Part shown: one piece after another, positions 18,326 through 29,655 of the stretch
Numbering within the stretch: the first letter of the stretch is position 1
How the letters are laid out: each line of letters begins with the position of its first letter
Virus record (IMG/VR): IMGVR_UViG_3300022660_003376
Reading direction: 5' to 3' (one strand)
DNA length: 64,000 nt
Origin: an uncultured virus (IMG/VR IMGVR_UViG_3300022660_003376)
Lineage: Duplodnaviria > Heunggongvirae > Uroviricota > Caudoviricetes
Notes under the pieces: model-generated
Database searches by the model: none
Seen by the model: only the letters and a program-made list of their open reading frames with translations
Told to the model about the DNA's origin: nothing
Made by a program: the position numbers and the translations under genes

Positions 18326-19593
18326 TATTGCTAAAAACAAAGAGTTTAGTCACGAGGCTAATCACAGGTATGCTTGCGTTAGTTATGGTATTTAGCAACG
18401 TAACACCTGTGTCAGTCTTAGCTTATGATTTAAAGGCTAGTGAGAAGGCAGCATCGGAGGATTGTAGAACATGGCGACAGTCAGACGTGAGATGGGGAGA
18501 CTACCCTATAGGTGCTAGTCCATATACGTTGAGCGATAGTGGTTGTTATATATTTGCATCATTGGTTGCATTAAAGCTTGCTGGTTTTACTAAGCCAACG
18601 GCACAGCCTGTTGAGTTTACAAAATTCCTTTATGAGCATGGTTGCTTTGGCAGTAGTGGTTGTTTGACGTACAATCCTGTCTACGAGTATGTCTATGCTA
18701 GTGTTGGGTCTGATAAGCATATATGTTACAGAGATGAGTCATTCTATTCTGACCTGTTAGTTGGGAAAACAACATGGAAGGATAAGATAAACACATTATC
18801 GAGTGCAGGGTATTACGTAATAATATATTTATCACACAATCATTTCGTGCTTGCATTGGGTCAAGACGAGGATGGTGATGTATTAATATATGACGCAGGC
18901 GGTAGTGCGGATATGTCAGCTGAGGCAGCACCTAGCAGAAAAGTTGCGTATAAGATAACAGACCAATACTCATATGAGGGTATCGGGCATATTACCATAA
19001 TAGACATGGATGGTATACCTTTAAACGAGGTAAAAGAATACTGTGGTGGTAATCCTAGTGAAGATGCAAAGAATAGTCCTTTTAGTGTAAAGGATATCAG
19101 GGCTAAATACGGTGAAGACTATTGGGTATCGACATATGGCTTGGCTGAGGAAGTGCCCTTATCTATGATGAATAGTAGTTCTTTAACTGCAAATGAGCGT
19201 TTGGAGATATCAGACTGGAATAGGAGTTTGGAATATCAGAAAGAAGATAAGATGAATGGCTTACTTAGAGCGATAGTTATGCTTTGTGGTATTGTAGTTG
19301 TGGTATATTCTACGTTGTTATTTCTTGCTTTTCAGGTAGACAGGGTAAACAACTTTATAGATATTTCTTTGGTAAGTACAATGACATTTGGGCTTATGAT
19401 GGTAGCGGATGACGGACAAAGCACTTATGCAAGCAAGACAGCTCGTGGTGAGCCTAAGATGTTGACACTAAAGGATGTTACGATTGCTTCAATATCAGGC
19501 ATCGCTGTTGGGGTACTTTTATTATCGGGTAAGTTGTTTGGAATAATAGATGCTGTAATAACATTTTTCTCTAATCTGTTAGATAAGATTTAG
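18322..19593 (+). CDS. Exported C39-like cysteine peptidase with C-terminal membrane helices
   Basis: Signal peptide; WRQSDVRW...SGCYIFA...HFVL...IYD (Q/C/H/D pattern); hydrophobic helices at the C-terminus. Confidence 0.7.
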   Translation: MILLKTKSLVTRLITGMLALVMVFSNVTPVSVLAYDLKASEKAASEDCRTWRQSDVRWGDYPIGASPYTLSDSGCYIFASLVALKLAGFTKPTAQPVEFTKFLYEHGCFGSSGCLTYNPVYEYVYASVGSDKHICYRDESFYSDLLVGKTTWKDKINTLSSAGYYVIIYLSHNHFVLALGQDEDGDVLIYDAGGSADMSAEAAPSRKVAYKITDQYSYEGIGHITIIDMDGIPLNEVKEYCGGNPSEDAKNSPFSVKDIRAKYGEDYWVSTYGLAEEVPLSMMNSSSLTANERLEISDWNRSLEYQKEDKMNGLLRAIVMLCGIVVVVYSTLLFLAFQVDRVNNFIDISLVSTMTFGLMMVADDGQSTYASKTARGEPKMLTLKDVTIASISGIAVGVLLLSGKLFGIIDAVITFFSNLLDKI

Positions 19594-20080
19594 CAAAAGT
19601 ATTAGTTTATTCTTGTTATATGATTCAATTATCATAAAAATTATTAATATGAAATTTCACGCATAAAATTGTTTTGAGATATAAATTTAATGCGTGATTT
19701 TTTATGTTTAAACCACAAGTATTTTTTACAGAAAATTGAGAAAATTTGATTTAGGAGATGTTCTTTACCCTATTTATTTAATATGTATTTTGATATTAAA
19801 CAGGGTGTTTTTCATAATATTTTTAAATCGAGTATGATATTTTTCTAAATTTTCTGATATTTTAGTGGGCTTGCAAAAACAGCATTTAGTCATATGATTT
19901 TATGGTTAAAATGCGTTAGTTAAAATCCGCATAAAAACATAGTATTTTATGAGTTTCCACGCTGAGTTGGATTATAAACAATATTGAAAACACTTGTAGG
20001 TGTTGTATAAAATTGATGATATTCTGCTAAGTGTTTATAAAAGTAATTAATATGGCAAGTTTTAAATGCAGGAGGTAAAA

Positions 20081-22060
20081 ATGAAGGTAAAAACTGAGGG
20101 TAGATTTAAGCTTAAGAAGCTTAGTAAGAAAACCAAAATAGGCTTAATGGTGGGTACTGCTTTAGTTGTTGGGGTTTCCGCATTAATAGGTATAAACAAA
20201 GTAAAGAACAAGGGTACTTTTTACACTAAGTTGAATGAGTTTTCGAGCATAACTGCTTGTGATTTTCGATACGTATTAAATGTTCGTTCATCCGCCAACA
20301 GTGCTAGTAACAGTCTAGAAGACTTTTTAGATGGTATGCAAGATGAAGTTGTTGGTATGAATAGTGAGTATCAGGCTAACACATCAGACAATTATGTTGT
20401 ACCCGATGGTGATAGCACTGGTTCTTTATACAAAGACCACATACAAACAGACTGGGTATCTCAGGATGGTAGTTATCAAGTAGATTGGGATAAACCTAAT
20501 TACGAGTTAAAGATAACTGGTAGATTGGAGTCTTTAGAGCCGTTCACAGCTCAGGCATCATTAAGTTTAACAACAGACTACATAGATGCACCGTTTTTAA
20601 ATATGACTGCTATAGATGGTAAGTGTTACTTTGATATAAAAACGTTAAGAGCGTGGTTAATAAACTCAGGTGACACTTCCCTTGTTCAGCTTGGTAAAAC
20701 AATCCCAGAGAATGTAGTATACATTTCAGTAGACGAAGGTGATGAACTACATTACGGCACAGGTTTCGCTGAGTTAGATGAACTTGAGGCTTCAGGTGGT
20801 TCTGAATTAAGTGAGTTATATTGGCGTATTAAAAAGGTAGGTCAGTTACTTGCTAGTGGAATACAAAACAGTATGGGTAGTGCAGGCTTGAGTAATGATG
20901 AGACTCGATATAGATTAAATATATCTGGTGAGGATGCACTTAATTTACTTGCAGGCATAAGGGGTATATTAAATAATTCGGGTGCATACTATGATAGTTA
21001 TGTAAACAACTTAAATTCATCTGGTGTAATAAACGGTATAGAAGCAGGTCAGATGGTGAATGAAAAGGATAACTTCTTATATGCAATACATCCTTTATGG
21101 TCTGCATTTAACACGATGTCTACGGAAGACGCTCAGAATACGAACTTAGTAGTTGTAGGTAAGGCAAGAAACTACAATTCGGGCGGTGTTCCTTACTACG
21201 AAATAAACTTGGGTACTAATTTTAAGTTAAACGGAATTGACTATATAGTTTCGTTATACGGTTGTAAATCGGGTCTTGGAAATACGGGTAGTCAGGTAAG
21301 AGTACCAGATAACAGCATAACAGGGGTATCTGCTGTAGATGTAGACTTCTCGTCTATGACTGATTATCTTCTTTCTTATTTCAAGTTAGCTCCTGCATAT
21401 CCTAGTTATCGTCTTGATGCTAACTGGGCTAATTTCAACGAGCGAGGTTTAAGAGAGTTTGCTGAACTTGTAAATGAAGAAAATAAGCGAGAGGGCTTTG
21501 AAGTGCCTTATGTACATAGATATAATGTTCAGGAGTTTATTGACACTTACTCTCAAATGACTGAGTCTGAGTATTCTGCTAGTCCAGCTACAAAGTTCAA
21601 TTACGAATTAGTAAGACGTTTCTTAGGTTCGATAGAACCTGTTCAGAAAGATAAGTCAGAGGAAGCAGTTGAAGTAAAAGTGACAGGAAATGATTTAGAC
21701 GCTTTATATGATGGTATAAGCTTTAAGTTTAGGAATGCGGATATGCCTACTTTAAATCATGTAGTTGTTGACTTGAGTGCATCAGTAGACTTGGGAGATA
21801 TGAATGTTGAGGGTGCAGTTAGCAAAGAGTTAGACTTAACAAAGTTTAATATAACTGATAGTTCGGGCAACAAGTATCCATGTAATCATGAAGACTTTAT
21901 TCGTGAAGCGAACATAGGTATCTCACCAGAGGATATATTAACCAAGTTAGAAGTAACAAAAGACGCTACAGACGCAAAGTTACATTTTATAGTCAAAGGG
22001 TATGGTACGTATACTTTAAATTATGATAAGTTTATAATTGGTGAGTTAATAACAGAATAA
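20081..22060 (+). CDS. Large membrane-anchored hypothetical protein
   Basis: K-rich N-terminus, one TM segment (IGLMVGTALVVGVSALIGI); GGAGG RBS. Confidence 0.75.
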   Translation: MKVKTEGRFKLKKLSKKTKIGLMVGTALVVGVSALIGINKVKNKGTFYTKLNEFSSITACDFRYVLNVRSSANSASNSLEDFLDGMQDEVVGMNSEYQANTSDNYVVPDGDSTGSLYKDHIQTDWVSQDGSYQVDWDKPNYELKITGRLESLEPFTAQASLSLTTDYIDAPFLNMTAIDGKCYFDIKTLRAWLINSGDTSLVQLGKTIPENVVYISVDEGDELHYGTGFAELDELEASGGSELSELYWRIKKVGQLLASGIQNSMGSAGLSNDETRYRLNISGEDALNLLAGIRGILNNSGAYYDSYVNNLNSSGVINGIEAGQMVNEKDNFLYAIHPLWSAFNTMSTEDAQNTNLVVVGKARNYNSGGVPYYEINLGTNFKLNGIDYIVSLYGCKSGLGNTGSQVRVPDNSITGVSAVDVDFSSMTDYLLSYFKLAPAYPSYRLDANWANFNERGLREFAELVNEENKREGFEVPYVHRYNVQEFIDTYSQMTESEYSASPATKFNYELVRRFLGSIEPVQKDKSEEAVEVKVTGNDLDALYDGISFKFRNADMPTLNHVVVDLSASVDLGDMNVEGAVSKELDLTKFNITDSSGNKYPCNHEDFIREANIGISPEDILTKLEVTKDATDAKLHFIVKGYGTYTLNYDKFIIGELITE

Positions 22061-22068
22061 GAAAAAGA

Positions 22069-22096
22069 CCGCTTACTTATGTAGGCGGATTTTTTT
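22069..22096 (+). terminator. Intrinsic terminator
   Basis: CCGCTTAC/GTAGGCGG stem plus T7. Confidence 0.8.
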
Positions 22097-22152
22097 AAGC
22101 ATGATAATAAATTAAATATAGCAAATAGGAAAATAGCGTGGGAGGTATTTTT

Positions 22153-23415
22153 ATGGTTGATGCAGTACAAACACACAAATATTGTTTTAACGAAGCAGAG
22201 TCTGCTGTTAGATACACGGATGTTCAGAGTAAGTGGACACCAAACAATTTGAGGAGATTATTTATTTCTCCTGACTGTGTAGTAGCACAATTTCATGTAG
22301 GCGTTAGACCAAGACAGAAAAGACTTATTCAGGAGAAGTATACTGCCTGTATAACAGACCCTAAATACGTAAGGATGATAACTGTACTTGGTGGTAGAGC
22401 AGGCACGAATGTATGCTCACATATAGAAGAGGTAGTATATTGTTTAAAAGGTGTCAATGGGGTACTTCATGGTGCAGAGGCTGATTGGAGAGCCATAATT
22501 GCGAGTGATAAAATGGTTAGTGACGTTGCTTCTCTCAAGGAGACTATAGGTGCTAGATTTAGAAGACTACGTGGTTTTGTAATGTTTGACGGAAGCATAC
22601 AGGAGTTAATGAATTTAGTCAAAGACGAGTTATCAACACCGTTTTATCAAATATCGGATGATAAAGAAGTAATGGCAAGTGGTAAGTTGTCTGTAGTAGA
22701 CATACACAAGACCGACTGGTATAAGGGTTCGTATTTCAGACCTGCTATTTACCCGTCCGACTCAGAAGAAGGTAGTTTATACAAGCACATAAAGGCTGTG
22801 GAAAAAGCGTTAGTAGCTAAGGAAAACACCGCAAAGAAGCATGTAGAGAAAGAGAATAATCTATCTGGGTATGAGAAGACATATTCTGAAGCGTTTGAGA
22901 GATTTTCGGATGTATATACTAAGTACAAGAAAATATCCTTAAAGCTATTAAATCTTACAAGTAGGTCATATTTATCCTCACAGTTTTATGGAGAGTTTAA
23001 AGTACAGCATTGCAGTGAAGCACAGGGAAAGACTATAGTAGATTACTTCGGTTTAGTAACATCTGCAATAAAAGCAGACTTACAAAGACTGGGTATCACT
23101 GTCACTGGGGATAAGTCTAAGGCAACTGCTGAGACATTAAAGGAAAGTGTGGATTTATTTAATAGCATGTACACATTTTACTATAAGAGTTTAGTTTACA
23201 ATTATCTACGATTTTTCACGAGTCTAAAACGGACGGGAAAGTTTGATATTTTCGTTGAGAAATTTTGTAGGGTTGACATTCTTATTCCGAGTGATAGTCA
23301 AATTGACAATGAAGCAAAACTGTTACAAGGCTTAGACGGTTTTGGTTCGGGTCATAATGTAATGAAATCTATTGGTATTATGGAGGAAGTACTTGAGAAT
23401 GTTGCCTGTAAGTAG
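22153..23415 (+). CDS. Hypothetical protein (first gene before the main LRR array)
   Basis: 420-aa ORF with GGAGG RBS. Confidence 0.75.
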   Translation: MVDAVQTHKYCFNEAESAVRYTDVQSKWTPNNLRRLFISPDCVVAQFHVGVRPRQKRLIQEKYTACITDPKYVRMITVLGGRAGTNVCSHIEEVVYCLKGVNGVLHGAEADWRAIIASDKMVSDVASLKETIGARFRRLRGFVMFDGSIQELMNLVKDELSTPFYQISDDKEVMASGKLSVVDIHKTDWYKGSYFRPAIYPSDSEEGSLYKHIKAVEKALVAKENTAKKHVEKENNLSGYEKTYSEAFERFSDVYTKYKKISLKLLNLTSRSYLSSQFYGEFKVQHCSEAQGKTIVDYFGLVTSAIKADLQRLGITVTGDKSKATAETLKESVDLFNSMYTFYYKSLVYNYLRFFTSLKRTGKFDIFVEKFCRVDILIPSDSQIDNEAKLLQGLDGFGSGHNVMKSIGIMEEVLENVACK

Positions 23416-23442
23416 GTAATATAGTTCGGAGGTATAGTATAA

Positions 23443-24009
23443 ATGTATTTTGTTAAGAAAGACTATAATGGTAGTAATTATGATGTAGTGGATACGACAG
23501 ATTTATCGACAGAGTGGGTATCTAGGTCTACTCTTATGGAGGCTGTAAGAAACGGCATAAACATATATGGTGTTACAAAGACTTTTAGGGTTACAGCGTA
23601 TAAGAATGCTCATGATATTATTAGACAGTGTGAATTTCAGCATAGCTTAAACGGTTTACCACAGCCAGATATAAAGCTTGAGAAATGTGGTACAGGTGTA
23701 AAGTTTGTACTTCGTGGTTACGTGGGTAGATTTAAGAATGGTGCTGTTAGAATACCAGACTTTGTCGATATAATTGATTCGAGGTGTTTTGCGGAGTGTG
23801 CTGATTTGGAGGCAGTACATATCCCTGCAAGTGTATCTGAGATAAGGTCATCTGCGTTTTCATCGTGCATAAACCTTAGGGTAGTAACAGGTTGTGAGGG
23901 TATTGAGACAATGAGTGCTGACTGCTTTTGTTCTTGTTATTCATTAACTAATTTCCCCAACACGCCTAAGTTACAGGCAAGTGCTAGTTATGCACCGTCT
24001 TATTGTTAA
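23443..24009 (+). CDS. Short BspA-type LRR protein with shared N-terminal module
   Basis: MYFV..YDVVDT..IYGV; IPDFV followed by about 3 LRRs. Confidence 0.85.
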   Translation: MYFVKKDYNGSNYDVVDTTDLSTEWVSRSTLMEAVRNGINIYGVTKTFRVTAYKNAHDIIRQCEFQHSLNGLPQPDIKLEKCGTGVKFVLRGYVGRFKNGAVRIPDFVDIIDSRCFAECADLEAVHIPASVSEIRSSAFSSCINLRVVTGCEGIETMSADCFCSCYSLTNFPNTPKLQASASYAPSYC

Positions 24010-24058
24010 GTGCAAGAGGCTATTGGTGTGTAGACTAAAATAGTTATAAGGAGTTAGC

Positions 24059-26832
24059 ATGAAATTTGTAAGAGAAATTCGGGAAGATAAATATGTTATC
24101 GGGAATACTGAAGGCGAGGATTCTTTACTCACAAGAGATGAGATACTCTACAGACTTGAATTAGGTTGCACAATAGTAGGTGCAAGTGCAAACGGTAAGA
24201 TATGTGCATACCCAAGTATAGACTCTTTTATTAGCCAGTATAAGATGCGTGCTAAGTTGACAGGGTCAGCTTACTTTGATTTAGAACTTTCAGAAACTGA
24301 GGGTTTTGGGGGTACTCTTGCAGAGGAGTTTAAAGATAGCATTACTGAAATAAGGATACCAGATTTTATAACAGAACTAGGTGCAAATGCTTTTAAGGGT
24401 TGTAGTAAGCTTGTTTCGGTATATATGCATGATAATGTAACTAAAATAGGTGAGTCAGCGTTTAGTAATTGTTCTGCATTGGAAAATATAAACGTACCTA
24501 AGAATTTAGAAACTATAGAAGAGAGTGCTTTTGTGCGATGTGATGACTTGATTTCAGTATCATTAAACGGAGGTATTGGGGAAATTGGCAAGGGGGCTTT
24601 TAGTAATTGCAAGAACTTAGCTAAGTTTGCTGTATCTAATACAGTATATACTATAGGTTGTGAGGCTTTTAAGGAGTGCACTTCTTTAAAGACAATATCG
24701 TTGGATGGTGTGGTTAGTATTGGTAAGATGGCTTTTACGTCTTGTTCTAAGTTAGAGAGTATAAGTATACGGGGTCATTTTCAGGAACTACCTGAGGGGT
24801 ATTTTCTGAGTGTTTTGCTTTACGAGATGTGGTACTTTCTTCTAAGCATACATTAATTATTGAGTCTGGTGCGTTCTTTCGCTGTATTAGTTTGGAGAAG
24901 TTTCCTTCAGTTTCTTATGGTGTCAAGCAGATAAAAAGGCGTGCATTTGCATGTTGCGTTGGGTTAATTAGTTTGGCTTTACCACGGTGCTTAGAAAGAA
25001 TAGAGGAAGAGGCATTCAGGGGTTGTATTAGCTTAGTCACTATATGTTTTTCTCAGGATATAGAGTATATTGGTGAGTATGCTTTTACGCATTGTGTAGG
25101 TGTATCTTTTTTAAACTTACCACGAAATTTAAAATTTATAGCTAACGGGGCGTTCAAGGGTTGTTTGGGTTTAACTGACTTAGATGAACTTAGTGGACTT
25201 CTGATGTTGAAGAAGATAGGTAAGGAAGCGTTTGCATGCTGTAGGAATTTATTGAGTGTTAAATTACCTAATATTGATGGGTTAGAGTTGGAGGATGGTA
25301 TCTTTCGTGATTGTCCAGCTTTAATGACAGCACATTTAGATGGGGTAGTTACTATACCAGAGGGTTGTTTTGACAACTGTGGTAGTCTTATGACTGTGGA
25401 GTTAAGTGCTTGTACAAAGCAGATAGGCAAGTGTGCTTTTAGAGGTTGTAGTAGCTTAAAAGAGATTGATTTAAACAAGGTCAGCAGATTGGGTACTGGT
25501 TGCTTTCAGGGTTGCACTTCTCTAGAGACATTAGTTATACCACCGAGTGTACATAAATTTATGTCTGACTTTTTAGGCGAGTCACAACACAAATTAAAAT
25601 TTTTATATATTGCAGAGACTACAAATTTTGTAAACAGAGACAAGAGAGTCATAGCTGACCATACAGTAAGATATAAGACATTAAATAAGCTCTCAGCGAG
25701 ATTAAAGTATGTATGTGATGGCAGAGATGGAGAGTACGTATTTGTAGATAGTGCTATAGGTGTTGCTTGCACCCTTAGTGACTCTGAGTTAATGAGTTTG
25801 AGTAAAGACACGTACATAGAGGGGGTATGCAACAATAAGGTAATACCGTATCCAAGCGTAGATGCATTTCTTGCAAGGCATGCAATGCGTGAGAAGTTGA
25901 CAGCTTCTGATTATTTCACATATTATGTAGACGAGAGTTTTGGTATAGCTGTAAAGCCGACTGATAAAGCATACGATTTAGAGCATATAATTATACCTAA
26001 CTTTGTAAATTACATACCTGAGTATGCATTTTCGAACTACAAGCATTTTAGGTACGTGACATTACCTAAAAACTTAAGATGCCTTGATACTGGTGCTTTT
26101 TTGGGTTGTACTTGTTTGGAGTCAGTTGATATTCCACCAAGTTTAGATATAATCGGGGTATCAGCATTTGAGGGGTGTTCCAGTTTGCAGTCTGTTACTT
26201 TATCTGAGGGGTTAAAAGCAATATCTGCTTGTGCATTTAAAGAGTGTGCATTAACAGCGATACGGATACCTAGTTCGGTTTCGGTAATAGGTGCAAGGGC
26301 ATTTAGTATGGACAAGCAGTTAAGTTCAGTAACTATAGACGGCTCGGAGAAGGATGATTCTAAACTACAGTTCATGGGTGATTCTGCTTTTAGTTATTGC
26401 TCTTGTTTAACTAAGATAGAAATTCCAAACAGTGTTACTTACATTGGTAGTTATGCTTTTGCTTATAGTGGTTTAGAGTATGTGAGTTTACCACATAAAA
26501 CGGGCGTATTTTACGTATGCTACTTAGGCACATATGTTTTTAGGTCTAGTAAGATAAAGAAACTAGCTTTAGCATCAGAGGAATTTGATTATAAAGTACC
26601 TGATGGTTTGTGTTATGACTGTAAGTTACTACAAAGTGTGGAATTTAACATACAACATAGGGGTACTCTTACGCTAGGAGATAAGGCTTTCGCCAAATGT
26701 CCTAGTCTAACAAGTATCGAGGGCAAACCTGCCTTATTAATTGCAAAACCAGAGCAATTTGAGGGTAGTGGTATAACAGTACGCACAAGACAAGGTAGGT
26801 CATATTTTGTGCGAAAAGGAGATGCAAGATAA
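24059..26832 (+). pseudogene. Two-module BspA-type LRR gene split by a 1-nt frameshift (ORFs 24059-24856 and 24829-26832)
   Basis: One extra G in the G4 run (24796-24799) restores LPEGVFSECFALRDVVL and joins the ORFs. Could be an assembly error. Confidence 0.75.
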
Positions 26833-26834
26833 CC

Positions 26835-29612
26835 ATGTTTTATGTAAACAGTATTTTAGATACGGATACATATGTTGTAGTAGACACATTCACTAAGACT
26901 AAAATAAATATGCATAAGCAGGACTTATTGGAGTTTACTAAGAAAAATCACGTTGAAGGTGTATCTAAGAACGGCAATATAACTTTTTATAAGAGTGCAG
27001 AGGATATTATAGCGAGATACACTATGCGTTGCAAGATGAGTAACACCCTTTGTCTTGATTTAAAGCATATCACATCAGACAGTGATATATTGGAGTATGG
27101 TAAGCTTAATAAAAATTCAGAACTTATAAAAATTGGTGATATAATAGCAGTTCTATCTGAGGAGTTGCGGTCAGAGGTAAAAACAGTTACAATCCCTAAT
27201 TTCGTAACTGTAATAGGGGTTTCTGCTTTTGAGAGGTGTAGGGGGTTGACTACTATAACTATACCATCTGCTGTAAGAGTTATAGACAAGAATGCTTTCT
27301 ATGGTTGTAGTTCATTGAAGACGATAAAATACGCAGGGGTATCTCAGTTAGAGTATATTGCTAAGAGTGCTTTTTGTAGTTGTGGTATTGAGGCTCTTAC
27401 TTTACCAGTAAGTTTAAGGGTCATATCTGATACTGCGTTTAGTCATTGTGAGTTATTGCGTACTCTTACTATACCTATAGGAAGTGCTTTGGAAAGGTTA
27501 GGTCAGAGTGCTTTTTGCGATTGCACTAGTTTGATGGGTTTGGATTTAAGTTATGTAGACTCGTTGCGTACAATTTCTAGTTATGCGTTTTATAATTGTT
27601 GTAAGCTTAGTGGAAAGGTTATAATACCAAGAAGCGTAACATCCTTGGGTGTTGGGGTATTTGCAAATTGTGTTTCAATAACGAGTGCTGATATTCTCGT
27701 TGATAAGTTGGATTCAATACCTGATGAGTTGTTTAAAGGTTGTAACCGATTATCTAGAGTTCACTGTGATAATGAAATAAAGACAATCGGTAAACAAGCA
27801 TTTATGTCTTGTGATTTGAGTGCATCATTTAGTTTACTTAAATCAAAGAGTCTTGTATCTATATCGGAAGAAGCGTTTAAGTATGCAACTTTGGACAAAT
27901 ATTCTGTGGTTTTTGGTTCAAACCTGAAACACATCTCGGATGAGGCGTTTGCATATAGTTCTGTGAGGTATGTAGCTTTACCAGACAGCTTAGAGAGTAT
28001 GGGTGTTTCTGTATTTAAGGGTTGCACTGACTTAATTTCAGTTACAATGCCTTGTGCTATAGACATACCAGATTATTGTTTCTCAGGCTGTTCTAGGTTG
28101 TCGGATGTGGTGTTTAACGAAAACACTAAGGTGTTAGGTGATTCAGCATTTGAAGAATGTTCTAGTTTACATAGTCTTATCTTACCAAACAGTGTGCAGA
28201 AGATTGGCTCAAGTTGTTTTGATTATTGTGAGTGCTTAGAATGTGTAGTAATACCATCTGGTGTAACTAAGGTATCGTGGTCATTATTTTATGGGTGTGA
28301 GAATTTAAAATATGTAATACAGCATAAGGATACCGTATTTGATGCTCCACCCAATATAGAATTATCTTATGAGGTAATTTATCTTGAAGGTGAGTATAAA
28401 GGTATTTCAAGTAGGCTAAAATTTATATTGTGTAAAAACGGTAATAATTACATACTGTATACTGCACTTACTGGTCTTGAGACAGAGGTAGATAAGAAAT
28501 ATCTTATAAGGAATGCTTCAGAAATACAGGGTGTAACTGTAAGAGATGGGGAGATAAGTAGTTTGGCTTTTTATTCTAGTGTAGAAGATTTTCTGGCAAG
28601 ATACAAGATGCGAGCGAAGTTATGTGGTTTAGACCATTTCAACTATAGAATTTCCAAAACAAAGGGTATTATTGCAAATGCATGGACTAATTTGACTGAG
28701 GACAGTTTGAGTGTACCTGATTTTGTTGACTCTCTTGATGGAGGTGGTTTTAAAAATCTCAGTTCTACTCTTAAGCATATAACTTTATCTAAGTCTTTAA
28801 GACGTATAGAACCTCATACATTTAGTGGTTGCTATATGCTTGAGTCTATAGAGATACCAGAAGGTGTTACATCTATAGGTAGCGGTGCTTTCCTTGATTG
28901 TGCAAATTTAAGGTCTGTAAGTTTACCTAGCAGTTTGTTAGATATAGGTTCTTCCGCTTTCTATATATGTAGAAATTTAAAGAGCGTAGTTATACCTGAC
29001 AGTGTTAAAACATTAGGTATAGACGTATTTCAGGGTTGTACTAACTTAGAGAGTGTTCATTTGGGTAGTTCTATTGAGGAAATACCTGATAGTGCCTTTA
29101 AATATTGTTCTAGCTTAAGTGATATTGACTCTTTAAGTCATATTAGGTGGATACAGCAGGAGGCGTTTTATGGCTGTATTTCATTAAAATCTGTTGAGTT
29201 TTCGGATTCATTGCTTGTTTTACAAGATGAAGCGTTCGGACGTAGTGGCTTACTGAGCGTAGACGTACCTGCATCTTTACACACCTTTGGGAAGGCAGTA
29301 TTTAGGGATAGTGATTTAACAACGGCGATTGTTGGTGTGGGAGAGGGTTTGGATTACATACCTGAGAGTGCATTTAGTGATTGTAAATGCTTAACTCAGG
29401 TGACTTTAGGAGACTCTATACGTGAAATTTTTCCTAATGCATTTGGTGGCTGTGTAAATTTAGTACAGATAGTTGGTAGTCAGAATACAATGCTGACTGA
29501 TGTTGACGATTATGCTTTTAATGGTTGTGCTAAATTGCAGGATTCTGCACTCTTTAAGGCATTAGACCGTGTAGGTAAAGGAGCATTCGAGGGTACTAAT
29601 GTAAGTCTTTAA
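26835..29612 (+). CDS. Two-module BspA-type LRR protein (925 aa)
   Basis: N-module, LRRs, a second internal module (LKFILCK...IQGV...YKMRAKLCG), then more LRRs. Confidence 0.9.
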   Translation: MFYVNSILDTDTYVVVDTFTKTKINMHKQDLLEFTKKNHVEGVSKNGNITFYKSAEDIIARYTMRCKMSNTLCLDLKHITSDSDILEYGKLNKNSELIKIGDIIAVLSEELRSEVKTVTIPNFVTVIGVSAFERCRGLTTITIPSAVRVIDKNAFYGCSSLKTIKYAGVSQLEYIAKSAFCSCGIEALTLPVSLRVISDTAFSHCELLRTLTIPIGSALERLGQSAFCDCTSLMGLDLSYVDSLRTISSYAFYNCCKLSGKVIIPRSVTSLGVGVFANCVSITSADILVDKLDSIPDELFKGCNRLSRVHCDNEIKTIGKQAFMSCDLSASFSLLKSKSLVSISEEAFKYATLDKYSVVFGSNLKHISDEAFAYSSVRYVALPDSLESMGVSVFKGCTDLISVTMPCAIDIPDYCFSGCSRLSDVVFNENTKVLGDSAFEECSSLHSLILPNSVQKIGSSCFDYCECLECVVIPSGVTKVSWSLFYGCENLKYVIQHKDTVFDAPPNIELSYEVIYLEGEYKGISSRLKFILCKNGNNYILYTALTGLETEVDKKYLIRNASEIQGVTVRDGEISSLAFYSSVEDFLARYKMRAKLCGLDHFNYRISKTKGIIANAWTNLTEDSLSVPDFVDSLDGGGFKNLSSTLKHITLSKSLRRIEPHTFSGCYMLESIEIPEGVTSIGSGAFLDCANLRSVSLPSSLLDIGSSAFYICRNLKSVVIPDSVKTLGIDVFQGCTNLESVHLGSSIEEIPDSAFKYCSSLSDIDSLSHIRWIQQEAFYGCISLKSVEFSDSLLVLQDEAFGRSGLLSVDVPASLHTFGKAVFRDSDLTTAIVGVGEGLDYIPESAFSDCKCLTQVTLGDSIREIFPNAFGGCVNLVQIVGSQNTMLTDVDDYAFNGCAKLQDSALFKALDRVGKGAFEGTNVSL

Positions 29613-29655
29613 TAAGCAATTGTATAGGAGATAAGAGTAAAGAGGTGTATAAATA

